Shown here piece by piece: positions 62,035 through 64,000 of a stretch of DNA of 64,000 nt. A program made the position numbers and the translations under genes. Position 1 is the first letter of the stretch. Every line of letters starts with the position of its first letter. The notes under the pieces are model-generated. The model worked only from the letters and a program-made list of their open reading frames with translations. It was not told the DNA's origin and searched no databases. This DNA is from Sphaerodactylus townsendi (taxonomy: Eukaryota): positions 29,016,001-29,080,000 of the forward strand of contig NC_059440.1 in NCBI RefSeq assembly GCF_021028975.2, given 5' to 3'.

Positions 62035-63205
62035 ATTTAATTTAGCTTTCCTGTCCGAAGACGAGTTCAGGGTGGCTTACAGTACAAAATACAATACAAA
62101 AAAATACATCTTTCGTAAAGCCAATGACAAGCCCATCAATAAATACCCCCACCGCCACCTTAATATTACAGTTCAAATATGACCGTGCTGTTTCATCAAC
62201 ACAGGGAGGGGGACCTAAAACAACAATAAGAAAACAAACTAAATCCCATAAATGAACAAATAGAGACAGACAGAGAATACAGAGGGTTAGGAGAGGGTAA
62301 GGGGGTCAGCAATCAAGGAACCACTGCTGCCTTAGCCTTCGGCCTGGTGGAATATCTCATCCCTACAGGTCCTGTTGAATTGAGCTGAATCCTTCAGAGC
62401 TCAGTTGACAGAGGGCCAGAAATGAAAAGTCTCTGGCTCTAGTTGGGGGCAGCCGGATACTTCTAGGGCCAGGGATCACCAGCAGAGCACTTCTGGTGGA
62501 GTGTATTGATCTCTGGTGGTTGTATTGAGAGAGATGATCCCACAGGTATGACGGCCCTAGGCCATTTAGGGATTTAAGGGTTAGCACCAAAATCTTGAAC
62601 TTCATCTGGCATTCAACTGGTAGCCAGTACAGCTGTTGAAGTACAGGCTGAATATGAGATCTTAAAGGTGTTCCTGAAAGAACCCTCATGGCCGCATTCT
62701 GGACCAGCTGAAGTTTCCGGAACAATCTCAAAGGTAGCTCAAATGTATAGAAGGAGTTTCAGTAGTCCAGTCTGGAGGTGACTGTAGGATGGATCATAGC
62801 AGCTAGGTCAAGGCAAGACAGATGGGGTACCATTTGCTTAGCCTGGGGAAGACGGCAAGATACCACCCCAGCTGTCTTTGTGACCTGGGCCTCCAGAGGA
62901 GCGTCAAAAGTCACACCCAGGTTTCTTGCGGTAGGTGTGGGTATCAATTCCACCTCATCAAAATTTGGCAGCTGGCATCCTAACCTTAAACCTCCCTGGC
63001 CCAGCCACAGTACCTCCATCTTTGGTGGATTTAGTTTCAGCCAACTGTGCTTCAACCGTCCCACCATGGCCTCCAGGCAACAGGCTAGCTCATTTGGTAT
63101 GGAATCCAGTTGGGTTTCCATCAGCAGATATAGCTGGGTGTCATTTGTATATTGATGATAGCCAAGCCCGAAACTTTGGACTAACTGGGCGAGGAGTTGC
63201 CCGTA
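62035..63205 (-). mobile_element. L2 LINE ORF2/3' remnant in FBXO42 intron 1
   Basis: Minus-strand peptides YHQYTNDTQLY (degenerate YADDTQLY), WLKLNPPKMEVLW, ARNLGVTFD, SRLDY, KLQLVQNAAMR, LYWLPVECQMKFKIL, typical of L2 RT and C-terminus; frameshifted. Confidence 0.8.
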
Positions 63206-63631
63206 GCTGTTAAATACATGATCTGATGGATCATACACACTCCTCGTCATCGGAGGCCCAGTGAAGGCTTTGGGTTGGGGTGTCAGACGGCAAACTGATG
63301 TTTTCTGCATGAGGCCGCTGGAGCTGTGCAGGGTCGTGGTTCACCAGTTGCTGCATTTGATGGCAAATCCAAGCTCTCTGAGCCCAGGGGACGTGGTCCA
63401 TTAGAGGTCTTTGGGATGCCCAGATTGCTTGCTGTTCACCATTCCATTTCACAAGAGGGTGGCCACGTTGCAGCTGGGTGCTATTTTCAAGGGGGGGAAA
63501 CCTTGTGGAGAACTGTCAAAGACCAGAGCATCCTCCCGTTTCCTCAGGCCCCTTTTGGGGGAAATGGAGTCACATCAGCAAAGGGCAGTGTTGTCCAGTG
63601 ATTGTGCCTTTCTATCATCTGCTAAGTGTGA

Positions 63632-63919
<288 letters not shown>

Positions 63920-64000
63920 TAACTCTGGCGTGGGGAGCCCCATGGAAAAGCCCCAGCAGGCCCTCCGGCTCCGTGCCAGTCGGGCTGGGCAGGACAGGGA

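Overview
GC-rich vertebrate genomic DNA, very probably a squamate and most likely a gecko, judging by the repeats (Squam3-like SINEs, CR1, L2, Penelope-derived fragments, a hAT MITE). It holds a compact syntenic block that corresponds to human 1p36.13. In order: the 3' part of MFAP2 (+), then CROCC/rootletin (-, 36 exons traced, first coding exon not found), NECAP2 (-, complete, 8 exons), SZRD1 (-, complete, 4 exons, 152 aa) and, head-to-head with SZRD1, the start of FBXO42 (+). No SPATA21 is visible between NECAP2 and SZRD1. The long six-frame ORFs are mostly GC-rich noise; the real coding sequence is spliced. Most notable: (1) an apparently intact minimal type-I hammerhead ribozyme in a Penelope-like remnant between the SZRD1 3' end and the NECAP2 promoter, sense to both genes, plus a palindromic pair of decayed copies in CROCC intron 2; (2) a 1.1-kb composite hAT-type foldback element with ~330-bp inverted arms, an 8-bp target-site duplication and internal ~123-bp repeats; (3) an RFX X-box and GC-box cluster in CROCC intron 3; (4) frame anomalies at both ends of CROCC and in one MFAP2 exon, which may be real or assembly errors. 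Gene identities come from recalled human protein sequences and manual splice-site reading, not database searches.
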